Source: Bdellovibrionota bacterium FG-1 (lineage in GTDB: Bacteria; Bdellovibrionota; UBA1018). From it: a stretch of DNA of 64,000 nt. The position numbers were made by a program, and so were the translations under genes. This document shows positions 49,737 to 58,995 of the stretch, one piece after another. The stretch is taken from contig JBBCAW010000013.1 of assembly GCA_051382295.1 (NCBI GenBank), positions 64,001-128,000 on the forward strand, given 5' to 3'. Positions within the stretch are counted from its first letter, which is position 1. Every line of letters starts with the position of its first letter. The notes beneath the pieces were generated by a model that was given only the letters and a program-made list of their open reading frames with translations, searched no databases and had not been told where the DNA came from.

Positions 49737-51577
49737 AGATGAGACACATCACGACGAATTTATTGACGACCAGAATGATCCTGGCCTTAACTGGTATTTT
49801 GATAGTGACTGGATGTACTCATCGGGAAAACGATGGAAACCTTGCCGTTTTCCATGGGCAACTCAAGGATGATGTTAAAACTTGGGATCCCGCCAACGCA
49901 TATGACTCAGTTTCCTTAGAGGTCGTGCCGAGCGTGTATGAGGCTCTCTACCAATACTCCTATCTTTCGGACACCTACAAACTCGTGCCGCTCCTCGCAG
50001 CGGATATGCCAAAAATTTCAGCCGATCGCCTGACTTATACTATTCCGATTAGGCATGGAATTAAATTTCAAGATGACCCTTGCTTCAAAAACAATCACGG
50101 AAAAGGACGAGACCTCAAGGCACAAGACTTTATTTATGCCTGGAAACGTCTGGCCCTGCCGCCCCTGGATTCGCAAGGTTGGTGGATCTTTGACGGAAAA
50201 ATCGTCGGGATCAACGCCTTTCATGACAACCTCGTCAAAGTGAACCAAACGCCTCAAACCCCGCAAACTCCCAAAGACCTCTTATCCAAGGCTTTTGCGG
50301 AAAACATCGAAGGCATGAAGGCATTGGACGACTTCACGCTCCAAATCAAATTAACCAAACCCTACCCCCAATTGATGTGGGTGCTGGCGATGACCTTTAC
50401 TGCGCCGGTCGCCGAAGAGGCGACGACTCAGTACGCCGACGACCGCGGAAATCTCACTGACCACGCGGTCGGGACCGGACCGTTCTTTTTGAAAAAATGG
50501 GATCGAGGACATCGCGTAATTTTGGAGCGCAACCCGACCTTTCATACAGATTTTTATCCAACTAATGGTGCGTTGGATTACCGCAAACTCGGCTTATTGA
50601 CTGATGCTGGCAAGCTCCTGCCCTTTTTGGATCGTTTGACTTTTGATGTCATGCGCGAGTCCCAGCCCCGTTGGCTTGGCTTTATGAACGGCGACCAAGA
50701 TCTACTGGACATCCCCAAAGACAATTTTGGGCAGGCGGTTTCGAATCGAACCCATGTATCCCCCGACCTGGCGGCCAAAGGGGCGAGACTCAATATCGAA
50801 ACCGGCGTGGTATTTCGGTACGTTTCCTTCAATGTTAAAGACAAGCTTTTCGAAAATAAATATTTGCGGCAAGCGCTTTCAGCAGCCATCGATCGCGAAA
50901 AGTGGATCGACCTCTTTACGAATGGGACAGGAAAAAAGATGACCCATGCTCTCCCCCCGGGGACACCGGACCGTCCCGCCCAGCCTAAGCTCAAATATGA
51001 CTTTGATCTCAAGCTTGCCAAAGATTTACTTAAAAAGGCCGGCTTTCCGGAGGGACAAGGACTTCCGCTGATTCACTTTGATCTGCGAGGCGCCGATACC
51101 GTAAGTCGGCAACTAGGCGACTTTTTTACCCAGCAATGGGGCGCGATAGGAATCAAAGTCAATGTGATTGCCAACACCTTTCCGGCTTTTCTGGAGAAAA
51201 TGAAACTGGGACAATGGCAAACTTCAATCGGCGGCTGGTCGATGGACTACCCCGATGGAGAAAACGTCTTTCAACTCATGTACGGTCCAAACAAATCCCC
51301 TGGTCCCAATGATACTAACTATGACAACCCTGAAATGAACAAACTCTACGAACAAATCGCAGTGACCGAGCCCGGCCCCACTCGCGCGGCGACTATCGAA
51401 AAAATCGATGAAATCCTTCAAGAGGATTGCCCGTGGGCTTATGGTTACTACGAAGCCACTTATATGCTCACCCAACCCTGGATTCTTAACTACCGCGTGG
51501 CTGACATCATTCAAAACAAGTACAAGTATTTACAGGTTAATCGCGAAATCAAAAAAAGATATCAAGCCAACCGTTAA
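49733..51577 (+). CDS. Peptide ABC transporter substrate-binding lipoprotein (OppA/DppA family)
   Basis: Lipobox VTGC; WDPA, VGTGPF and RQALS.AIDR motifs. Confidence 0.9.
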   Translation: MKMRHITTNLLTTRMILALTGILIVTGCTHRENDGNLAVFHGQLKDDVKTWDPANAYDSVSLEVVPSVYEALYQYSYLSDTYKLVPLLAADMPKISADRLTYTIPIRHGIKFQDDPCFKNNHGKGRDLKAQDFIYAWKRLALPPLDSQGWWIFDGKIVGINAFHDNLVKVNQTPQTPQTPKDLLSKAFAENIEGMKALDDFTLQIKLTKPYPQLMWVLAMTFTAPVAEEATTQYADDRGNLTDHAVGTGPFFLKKWDRGHRVILERNPTFHTDFYPTNGALDYRKLGLLTDAGKLLPFLDRLTFDVMRESQPRWLGFMNGDQDLLDIPKDNFGQAVSNRTHVSPDLAAKGARLNIETGVVFRYVSFNVKDKLFENKYLRQALSAAIDREKWIDLFTNGTGKKMTHALPPGTPDRPAQPKLKYDFDLKLAKDLLKKAGFPEGQGLPLIHFDLRGADTVSRQLGDFFTQQWGAIGIKVNVIANTFPAFLEKMKLGQWQTSIGGWSMDYPDGENVFQLMYGPNKSPGPNDTNYDNPEMNKLYEQIAVTEPGPTRAATIEKIDEILQEDCPWAYGYYEATYMLTQPWILNYRVADIIQNKYKYLQVNREIKKRYQANR

Positions 51578-51578
51578 G

Positions 51579-52556
51579 CTAAGCGGCTCGCGCAGCTTGT
51601 CGACGAAACACGGATGCCATGATTTGAACCAATTCTGGATCAAATTTTCCGGTTTCTTTTTGAATGATGGCCACGGCTTGCTCCGCGGAGTGAGCCGTGC
51701 GAAAAGGCCGTTTACTGATGAGCTCGCTGAAACTATCGGCTAAGGCCACCACCTTGGCTGGATAATAGATCGTGTTGCCATGCAGTCCGTTCGGATAACC
51801 CCGTCCACTGGGTTCTTCGTGATGTTGGTACACAATATGCCGAACGGGATCCGCGATGTTAGGGGTGTTTTCGATGAGCCGCATCCCCAACTGAGGATGA
51901 GTTTGTAGAAGCTCAAGCTGTTCTGGGGTCAAATCGCTCGGGTTGCCGCTCAATTCTTTGGGTAGGAGAGTCATCCCGATATCATGCAAAAAACCCCCGA
52001 GCCCAATGAGCTCGAGGGTTTTTTGACTGAACTGGCCCGTTCCTTTGGCAATAATCGCGCTAAAAATCGCCACTGCAATCGCATGATAATAAAGATAATC
52101 GCCATGAGAGACCAATTTCAAAATAACTGCGAGCGTGTTGGGACTTTGCACCATGAGCTCAACATAACTGTGAATGACCCGTTGGGAGGCTAGCGCGGTC
52201 TCTTCGCTAATGGGAACCTGGCAAAAAAGCTCGGCAATATTTTGCTCCGTCATATTCAGTAAAATGGCGATCTTTTTTTCCTGGGGGGTTTGCGGATCAT
52301 TCAAAAGAACATGCGCGGGACGAGCGATAAAAGCTTGATAAACTTCGAGATCCTCGGCCCGAATATGGAGCTTTTCGACACCTTTTTGTATGTATTGCGC
52401 GAGTCGTTTGTAATCTAAACCCGTGGTCTTAGAAAAAACGTGAGCGTGATTGTCGTCCGACAATTTAAGAAAAACATCAAAATTGATATCACGAGTCGCG
52501 CTCCGAAAGACCTGAATATCAACCTCGATCAGCCCGCCTTCAACGCTAGGTGCCAT
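51579..52556 (-). CDS. HD-GYP domain phosphodiesterase
   Basis: HDIG, HHE...GRGYP and ADSF..LISKRPF motifs. Confidence 0.9.
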   Translation of the reverse strand: MAPSVEGGLIEVDIQVFRSATRDINFDVFLKLSDDNHAHVFSKTTGLDYKRLAQYIQKGVEKLHIRAEDLEVYQAFIARPAHVLLNDPQTPQEKKIAILLNMTEQNIAELFCQVPISEETALASQRVIHSYVELMVQSPNTLAVILKLVSHGDYLYYHAIAVAIFSAIIAKGTGQFSQKTLELIGLGGFLHDIGMTLLPKELSGNPSDLTPEQLELLQTHPQLGMRLIENTPNIADPVRHIVYQHHEEPSGRGYPNGLHGNTIYYPAKVVALADSFSELISKRPFRTAHSAEQAVAIIQKETGKFDPELVQIMASVFRRQAARAA

Positions 52557-52631
52557 GAAATACCCTCACTTTTAAGCGTATCGGCAACGACCTCAATAAC
52601 AATGAGGCAGGGCAGAGAGCAGAAATTTACC

Positions 52632-52658
52632 TCAGGTACAGGAAAATTCTGCCGATAA
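52632..52658 (+). promoter_or_regulatory. Putative sigma28/FliA promoter
   Basis: TCAG-N15-GCCGATAA with a perfect -10 element. Confidence 0.6.
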
Positions 52659-52742
52659 GCATTACAGAAGGTGCCCTAGGGCCCTTTCAAAAAACAGTCG
52701 CAAGGAGGCGAAATTTAACGACTTTTGAATGGAACAGACCTT

Positions 52743-53147
52743 ATGCGTTGGTACAGGATCATCGCCCCGATTATCACCGTGCTTGCATTTTTAACAACCC
52801 CCAAGATCAGCCTCTCGGCAGATTTTGTGGTCTACAGTGTGTACAAAGGTCTCGACCTGGGGATACCCGGCGAAACCCCGCAAAAAGACTACTACGTCAA
52901 CATGGGTTCGTCGCAAGGAATCCATATGGGGTCACACCTGGATGTCCTACGCCGACTTCCGACTTACGATGTTTTAAACGAAAAACTTTATAAAGACGTG
53001 ACCTTTGCCATCGCCAAACTTAAGGTCATCCACGTCGAAAACAATGCAGCGATTTGCCGACTTGAAAAAACCCTACCTCCAGATAAAACACCGGTCACTT
53101 CGCCTCACGGGGTGATGGTAGGGGATCTGGTTCGGACTGCTGAATAA
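52743..53147 (+). CDS. Hypothetical exported protein (FlgT C-terminal-like beta domain)
   Basis: Signal peptide; YYVNMGSSQG, IAKLKVIHV and VMVGD motifs. Confidence 0.7.
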   Translation: MRWYRIIAPIITVLAFLTTPKISLSADFVVYSVYKGLDLGIPGETPQKDYYVNMGSSQGIHMGSHLDVLRRLPTYDVLNEKLYKDVTFAIAKLKVIHVENNAAICRLEKTLPPDKTPVTSPHGVMVGDLVRTAE

Positions 53148-53149
53148 TA

Positions 53150-53196
53150 GGCAACGCTCAAGTCTTGTCGGGGGACTTAAACACCTGAACGTTGCC
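53150..53196. terminator. Hairpin between convergent genes
   Basis: GGCAACG...CGTTGCC with inner AAGTC/GACTT; no clear U-tract. Confidence 0.35.
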
Positions 53197-53210
53197 CATT
53201 TCCGCCTCAA

Positions 53211-53630
53211 TTAGGCCGCTTGCGTCACTTCAACACTCGGGTCAACCTCCTTGCCCTCTGCCTGGGCCCCATTGGCTGGAGTGCTCCGTTTTCGTCCCAA
53301 AAAGCTCACATGATCCGCATGAACTTCAAACACGAAACGGGCTTCCCCCGATTTGGCGGTATATTTACGGGTTCTCACCATGCCTTCAACAAAGACAGCC
53401 TGTCCTTTTTCAAGATATTGGTGGCAGGCCTCGGCCTGCTTACCCCATACGACAACACGGTGCCATTGAGTCTCCTCCTTTTCGACCGCTTGAGCGTCAC
53501 TCCCCTGCTCTGCGACCCGCCGAGACGTGGCTAACGGAAAATGGACCACAGCCAATCCGTTTTTGGTCTCGCGTTGCACGGGATTAGCCCCCAAACGACC
53601 GATGAGGAGGATTTTGTTAACGTCTTTCAT
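53211..53630 (-). CDS. ssb: Single-stranded DNA-binding protein lacking the acidic tail
   Basis: VNKILLIGRLG, TQWHRVVVWGKQAE and KG..VFVEG motifs. Confidence 0.93.
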   Translation of the reverse strand: MKDVNKILLIGRLGANPVQRETKNGLAVVHFPLATSRRVAEQGSDAQAVEKEETQWHRVVVWGKQAEACHQYLEKGQAVFVEGMVRTRKYTAKSGEARFVFEVHADHVSFLGRKRSTPANGAQAEGKEVDPSVEVTQAA

Positions 53631-53704
53631 AAGATTACTCTCTTTCACAAACGAGCCCCGGGTAGGGGACTCTTAGTTTTCGAATGGTTCGCACTCCTCC
53701 CTTT

Positions 53705-53720
53705 TGCGAGTCGCGTGCCC
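53705..53720 (-). promoter_or_regulatory. Putative sigma54 promoter of ssb
   Basis: Minus strand GGGCACG-CGAC-TCGCA (GG-N10-GC). Confidence 0.4.
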
Positions 53721-53940
53721 ACTTTTACCGGCAAAAAAGGCCATTTTTTGCAAAAAACCGGACTCCTCGACCGAAAATCGGACTCAGTTTGGGTCGCCGT
53801 GACCGCCCCCTCACGAAGAATCCGATCAAAATTCTGAGGCTTACGTTTAAATCGGGTTGATTTTTGACCAAACTGGACTATCTTGGCCTAGCAAAACGTC
53901 TTTTGCTTTTATCGCAGCTTTTCCTTGAGGAGGATTCACT

Positions 53941-54447
53941 ATGACACTTTCGAGCGCGACACTTCGCCGCTTAGCTTTTTCTTTGATGTTGGGCACCTTG
54001 GTTTACGCCGCAGGTTGTTCCAGCAATAAGCCAAAAACCGACGAGGGCGCGGTTCCCAATGCCCCAGCCGCAGACGAAAATCTTTCGGGAGATTCGGATT
54101 CTGGCAAGGCAATGGGTCTTCAAACGGTTCATTTTGGCTACGACTCATCCACTCTGGACGCTGAAGCTAAAACGGTTCTTGAAACGAATGCTAGCCTCCT
54201 AAAAGGCAAAGCGAGCGTTAAAGTTCAAGTGGAAGGTCACTGCGATCACCGCGGCGGCATCCAATACAATATCGCTTTGGGCGAAAAACGCGCCAATGCC
54301 GCTAAGAGCTACCTTGTAGACCTCGGCGTCAGCGCGGACCGAATTTCAACGATCAGCTTTGGTAAAGAGCGTCCGTTGGATACCGGAACCTCTGAAGCTG
54401 CCTACGCCAAGAATCGTCGTGGCAATTTTGTCGTTACCGCTAAGTAA
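53941..54447 (+). CDS. pal: Peptidoglycan-associated lipoprotein
   Basis: Lipobox AAGC; EGHCD.RG..YN.ALG.KRA and SFGKERP..KNRR motifs. Confidence 0.93.
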   Translation: MTLSSATLRRLAFSLMLGTLVYAAGCSSNKPKTDEGAVPNAPAADENLSGDSDSGKAMGLQTVHFGYDSSTLDAEAKTVLETNASLLKGKASVKVQVEGHCDHRGGIQYNIALGEKRANAAKSYLVDLGVSADRISTISFGKERPLDTGTSEAAYAKNRRGNFVVTAK

Positions 54448-54497
54448 TTTAAAAGTAATCGGTTGAAAAGACCGATCACTTCGTCCATCGTAAAGTA

Positions 54498-55085
54498 ATG
54501 ACGAGGACTGACAAACATCAAGCTTGTAACATCAGTTCTTCGGCACAAGTTGAAGGGGCAGGACGTAAGTTCTGCTCCTTCTTTTTTTTGGTTTCACTAC
54601 TGACGTTGTCTTTCACCGTTTCTCTCGGAGGGTGCGCGATCTTAGGAACCCGCCCCGTTCAAGAAATGTCCAATACCGCCGCATCGATTCGGGCGGCCCG
54701 CGAGGTTCAAGCGGACACGCTTGCGCCTGAGCTTTTTCGCCAGGCCAATGAGTGGTTCTTCAAGGCCAAACGTGAATATAAATTTAAGAATTTTGATCTC
54801 GCCCAATCTTATGCCAAAAAAGCCCGTCTTTTTGCCGAAGAAGCGGAGTTTGAAGCGATTCGAAACGGTGGCAACCGATCCGATACCGCAATCGCAGACC
54901 CCATGGCTTCTGGACTCACTAGCCCCTCCCCTCCGCAAACAACGCCCTCCCGCGAACCCTATCCCTATCCGACACCGTGCGGAACACCAGCGGACGCCCC
55001 CCCCCCTCCTAGTCCAACTGCACCGGAGCCTTTGAGCTCACCGTCGCCCTCAGCAGCTCATTTTCCTGGCCCACGGCCGTCTTGA
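54498..55085 (+). CDS. DUF4398-like lipoprotein with a Pro-rich tail
   Basis: Lipobox LGGC; P.QEM...IRAAREV.A..AP and A..AEEAE. Start uncertain (possibly TTG 54588). Confidence 0.75.
   Translation: MTRTDKHQACNISSSAQVEGAGRKFCSFFFLVSLLTLSFTVSLGGCAILGTRPVQEMSNTAASIRAAREVQADTLAPELFRQANEWFFKAKREYKFKNFDLAQSYAKKARLFAEEAEFEAIRNGGNRSDTAIADPMASGLTSPSPPQTTPSREPYPYPTPCGTPADAPPPPSPTAPEPLSSPSPSAAHFPGPRPS
54552..54589 (+). terminator. Strong intrinsic terminator
   Basis: GAAGGGGCAGGAC-GTAA-GTTCTGCTCCTTC followed by T8. Confidence 0.75.
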
Positions 55086-55115
55086 GAGCTTGATCAGGTC
55101 TCGATTATGTTTCGG

Positions 55116-56216
55116 CTACTGAAGAGTGGTGTGAAACCGTCGTAGGCTGGCTAAACCTGTCACCAAGGCCATAATCATTAAAACCCCAATATGAAGGGCC
55201 ACATATTGACCACCGCCGCCCTTCAACATGATATTACGAAGTAACCCCATAAAATGGGACAATGGGTCAATATAGGAAAGCCAACGAATCGTCGCGGGCA
55301 TGTTTTCAACCGGAAACATTAAACCAGAAAACATAATCATCGGAAACATGAACAAAAACCCTGCCAACGTCGCCTGCTGCTGATTCTTGCAATACGTCGA
55401 AATCAGGGTACCCAGCGCAACCGCAGTGCATACGAAGGCCAAGGTAGCGATCAACAGAATGAGCAGAGCCCCCCTCATCGGGACTCCAAACACAAATACC
55501 GCCACTGCCAGAATGAGTGGAAAATTAGACATTCCAAGAATGACGAAAGGGATTGTTTTTCCGTAAATCACTTCTGAGCGGGAAATAGGGGCAGAAATGA
55601 GCATCTCAAAGGTGCCCATTTCCTTTTCTCGAACGATTGCAAGATTAGCCATGACCATGGTTGTGATGAGCATGAGCATGCACATCGTGCCTGGAATCAT
55701 AAAAACGGATGTTTCCAAGTCTGGATTAAAGAGCACGCGCTGTTCGATTTGAATGGGAGCAATCGGAGCCACCTGCTTCAGGTTCTGCCAGACGGAATGT
55801 TGTACGATATTTTTGAGATACCCTTCAACAGACTGTGCTTGCGTCACATTGACCGAATTAATTAAGAGTTGTAACTTTGCATCCCCCCGCCCTAACGCCC
55901 GCGTAAAACCCCCGGGAGGGGCGACCAGTACCGCGTCTGCATCCCCAGACTCAATCAGCTTATAGGGATCCGTCTCAGAACTCACGGCGGGAACAAACCA
56001 CTTGCTTGCGATACTTCTTTCGTAAATATCACGCAAAACCGTATCTTTAGAATCAAACAAAGCCGCCAACTTAACATTTTTGACTTCGGTAGAGATCGCC
56101 ACGCCAAATAACGTGAGCTGAATCATCGGCATCACAAAAAGCATGACACGCATCCGAGGGTCTCTCAGTGTTTGTACCAATTCCTTTTTTATAAATCCTC
56201 GTAAAGTCTGATTCAT
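55116..56216 (-). CDS. ABC-2 permease (YbhR-like)
   Basis: KE..Q..RD, IVREKE.GTFE.L and SG..FP.ENMP motifs. Confidence 0.92.
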   Translation of the reverse strand: MNQTLRGFIKKELVQTLRDPRMRVMLFVMPMIQLTLFGVAISTEVKNVKLAALFDSKDTVLRDIYERSIASKWFVPAVSSETDPYKLIESGDADAVLVAPPGGFTRALGRGDAKLQLLINSVNVTQAQSVEGYLKNIVQHSVWQNLKQVAPIAPIQIEQRVLFNPDLETSVFMIPGTMCMLMLITTMVMANLAIVREKEMGTFEMLISAPISRSEVIYGKTIPFVILGMSNFPLILAVAVFVFGVPMRGALLILLIATLAFVCTAVALGTLISTYCKNQQQATLAGFLFMFPMIMFSGLMFPVENMPATIRWLSYIDPLSHFMGLLRNIMLKGGGGQYVALHIGVLMIMALVTGLASLRRFHTTLQ

Positions 56217-57331
56217 GGTTCCAGGTCTCTCTTAAACTTCCGAGTGCCCAGTGCAATCACAAACACACCGAAACAAATCAGACCCAAAAAGGGACCCCAC
56301 AACGCTAAAAAAGGAGTACCCTGCAGAAAAGTTTCCCTTGAAATCTGCATAAACCAACGCGCGGGAAGAACCATCGTGAGGTACTGCATCGCCTTAGGCA
56401 TGCTTTCAATCGGGAACACAAAACCCGAAAGCAACTGAGTCGGCAACATGCCTGTCATCATTGCAAGCTGCATCGCGACCTGTTGTTTACGGGTCACCAC
56501 CGAAATCAAAAGCCCCTGTCCTAGATAGGCAATTAAAAAAAGCACGGCTCCAAGCGCAAAAACAGCCATATTACCCACAAAGGGCACACCGAATACATAC
56601 CGAGCAATCAGAAAGATAAAGGCTACGGTCGTGAGACCCAGCATGCCATAGGGGGTGAGCTTGCCAATAATAATTTCGATGGGTTGTACGGGGGTTGAGA
56701 GAAGTAGTTCCATAGAGCCATTTTCATACTCACGCGCGATCGTAAGCGATGTGAGCAATACCGATAAAATTCCCATCACCACGACATTAAGACCAGGAAT
56801 CACAAACCACCGGCTGTTTAATTCAGGGTTAAAGACGAATCGTGTGCGCAACTCATAAGAGCTTGGGGGATTAAAGCCCGCAATTCGGTACGAAGCTAAG
56901 GCCTGAATGTTGCCGATATAGCCCAGAACGGGGCCGACCGTCGAACTATCCGAGCCATCTAGCAAAATCTGCACCTCAGCACTTCTCCCGGCAAATACGT
57001 TTTTCTCAAAGTCTGGCGGGATCATCAATGCAGCCCGAGCCCTTTCTGAGGTTAAAGCACGAATCGCATCGGTAGGTGAACTCGAAGGCTGAACAATGAA
57101 ATACTTTGAGCTCGCAAAGGTGTCCAAAAAACGCCTCGAGGTTTGCGAGTGATCCGCATCGCTGACTGCTAAAGGAATGTTTTTGACATTGAACTCAATA
57201 GCCACGCCAAACATGATGACCATGAACACCGGCAGTCCCAGCGCGGCACCCAAGGTAAAGGGATCTCGAGAAATATGATAAACCTCTTTCTTGGCAATCG
57301 CAAAGGCTCGCCGCCAGACAAATGCTTTCAT
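56213..57331 (-). CDS. ABC-2 permease (YbhS-like)
   Basis: KE..HI.RD, FNPELNS and IAREYENGSME.L motifs. Confidence 0.92.
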   Translation of the reverse strand: MKAFVWRRAFAIAKKEVYHISRDPFTLGAALGLPVFMVIMFGVAIEFNVKNIPLAVSDADHSQTSRRFLDTFASSKYFIVQPSSSPTDAIRALTSERARAALMIPPDFEKNVFAGRSAEVQILLDGSDSSTVGPVLGYIGNIQALASYRIAGFNPPSSYELRTRFVFNPELNSRWFVIPGLNVVVMGILSVLLTSLTIAREYENGSMELLLSTPVQPIEIIIGKLTPYGMLGLTTVAFIFLIARYVFGVPFVGNMAVFALGAVLFLIAYLGQGLLISVVTRKQQVAMQLAMMTGMLPTQLLSGFVFPIESMPKAMQYLTMVLPARWFMQISRETFLQGTPFLALWGPFLGLICFGVFVIALGTRKFKRDLEP

Positions 57332-58263
57332 TGGTTTTTGGCCTCCACTGCGCGAATAAAAACATCTTCCAGTGAAGGCTTGATTTTCCGAATATGAAAA
57401 CGCGTCGCAAAAAAAGGCGCAACTTTAGCCCATTCATCATAGGCCCGAATGGAAGCATGAAAACGCAAGCCATAGGGTTCAAAAAAAGAGAAAACCTCAT
57501 GCTGGCTCAGTTCAGAAACAGCGGAAAAACTTAAAGGTTCCTTGGGGTCAAACTCAAACACCGGCATTGGAAAGGTGGAACTCTTGAGACCGTCCGGAGT
57601 ATCCAGCGAAATGATCACGCCGTCGCGCATCAGGGCGATTCTGTCGCATTGTTCGGCCTCATCCATATAGTGCGTGGTTACAAAGACAGTTTTTCCCTGT
57701 TTTGAAAGTTTTCGAATCAGCGACCAAAACCGTGCCCTAGCTACCGGAAAAACTCCCGCTGTAGGCTCGTCTAGGAAAATAATTTCAGGATCATGCAGGA
57801 GCGCAGCAGCAAGCGCCACCTGTTGCTTGACTCCTCCCGGCAGATCATGAACAAGGGTCTTCATGGAGTGCTCAAATGAAATGAAATCAAAAAGCGCTTT
57901 GCGACGTTTCAAGTAAGTGGCGCGATCGAGCTTTCTCAATGCTGCAATAAAATCGAGATTTTCATCCACCTTAAGATCATCATAAAGAGTGAACTTCTGT
58001 GACATATAGCCCACTTTGGCCTTGATCGCGAGTTCACCATCCTCGAGCCTCACACCTGCGATCAAGACCTGCCCAGAGGTGGGAGTCAAAAGCCCACAAA
58101 GAACGCGAATCGTGGTGGTTTTTCCGGCACCGTTAGCACCCAGAAATCCAAAAATCTCACCTCGCCGCACACCAAAAGAAATACCATTCACCGCGGTAAA
58201 GTCGCCAAAACGAACCGTGAGGTCCTTGACTTCAACTGTTGCCTCAACACCCGAGCTATTCAT
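57328..58263 (-). CDS. ABC ATPase (YbhF second-half-like)
   Basis: GANGAGKTT, YMSQKF and DEPTAGV motifs; ATG at 58263. Confidence 0.92.
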   Translation of the reverse strand: MNSSGVEATVEVKDLTVRFGDFTAVNGISFGVRRGEIFGFLGANGAGKTTTIRVLCGLLTPTSGQVLIAGVRLEDGELAIKAKVGYMSQKFTLYDDLKVDENLDFIAALRKLDRATYLKRRKALFDFISFEHSMKTLVHDLPGGVKQQVALAAALLHDPEIIFLDEPTAGVFPVARARFWSLIRKLSKQGKTVFVTTHYMDEAEQCDRIALMRDGVIISLDTPDGLKSSTFPMPVFEFDPKEPLSFSAVSELSQHEVFSFFEPYGLRFHASIRAYDEWAKVAPFFATRFHIRKIKPSLEDVFIRAVEAKNQ

Positions 58264-58990
58264 TGGCTCCCCGGCGCATAAAGAGCTCATCAAAGCTGCG
58301 CACCTTTTCGCGCTCAAGAAGCTGACGGGGTTCGCCCTCGGCGACGACCGAGCCACGTGTCATAAGATGCACTCGACCACAACGCTCGGCCTCGTCCATA
58401 TAGGCCGTTGTTAGTAAAATAAGAATTTCCTGATCTGCTAGGCGGTAAAGAAGCTCCCAAAACTCGCGCCGACTAATCGGATCAACGCCATTGGTGGGTT
58501 CATCCAACAGTATAATCCGTGGTGACCTCAATAGCGCGCACATCAAGCCTAGTTTTTTGTACATTCCGCCCGAAAGCTTGCCCGCTGGCCGATCCGTAAA
58601 CTCGGTCAACCGCGTGATTTGTAACAGCTCAGTTCGGCGCTGTGCATAGGTTTCTTTTGAAATGCCATACAACTCTCTAAAAAACTCGAGATGCTCGTCA
58701 ATGGATAGGTCCGAATAAAGACTTTGCTGTTGCGGCATATAAGCAACACTGGCCCTGACCTCCTCAAAATCAACCGGGCGCTCACCGAGCCGATACTCAA
58801 CACGGCCTTGATTCGCTTTCAAGAGGCCCAACATGATGCGCATCAAGGTGGTTTTTCCGGCGCCTTCGGGACCAATGATCCCGTGCATCGATCCAGACGA
58901 AAAGTTCAAGGAAACGCCCTTCAGCGCTTCCACCGCTTTAAAAGACTTCCGAACTTCATGCACTTGAATCGAAAGCGCTGATTGCGACAT
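58256..58990 (-). CDS. ABC ATPase (YbhF first-half-like)
   Basis: GPEGAGKTT, LSGGM.KKL and DEPTNGVDPISRREFW motifs. Confidence 0.92.
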   Translation of the reverse strand: MSQSALSIQVHEVRKSFKAVEALKGVSLNFSSGSMHGIIGPEGAGKTTLMRIMLGLLKANQGRVEYRLGERPVDFEEVRASVAYMPQQQSLYSDLSIDEHLEFFRELYGISKETYAQRRTELLQITRLTEFTDRPAGKLSGGMYKKLGLMCALLRSPRIILLDEPTNGVDPISRREFWELLYRLADQEILILLTTAYMDEAERCGRVHLMTRGSVVAEGEPRQLLEREKVRSFDELFMRRGANE

Positions 58991-58995
58991 TTTTC

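Noticed and set aside
50246..50272. QTP x3 microrepeat in the OppA-like protein
   Set aside because: Short degenerate in-frame loop expansion with no evident significance.
54997..55006. C10 tract in the DUF4398-like gene (also C8 at 1687-1694 and 8169-8176)
   Set aside because: The C10 encodes a Pro-rich tail, and the C8 runs are short Gly-codon runs; weak phase-variation candidates.
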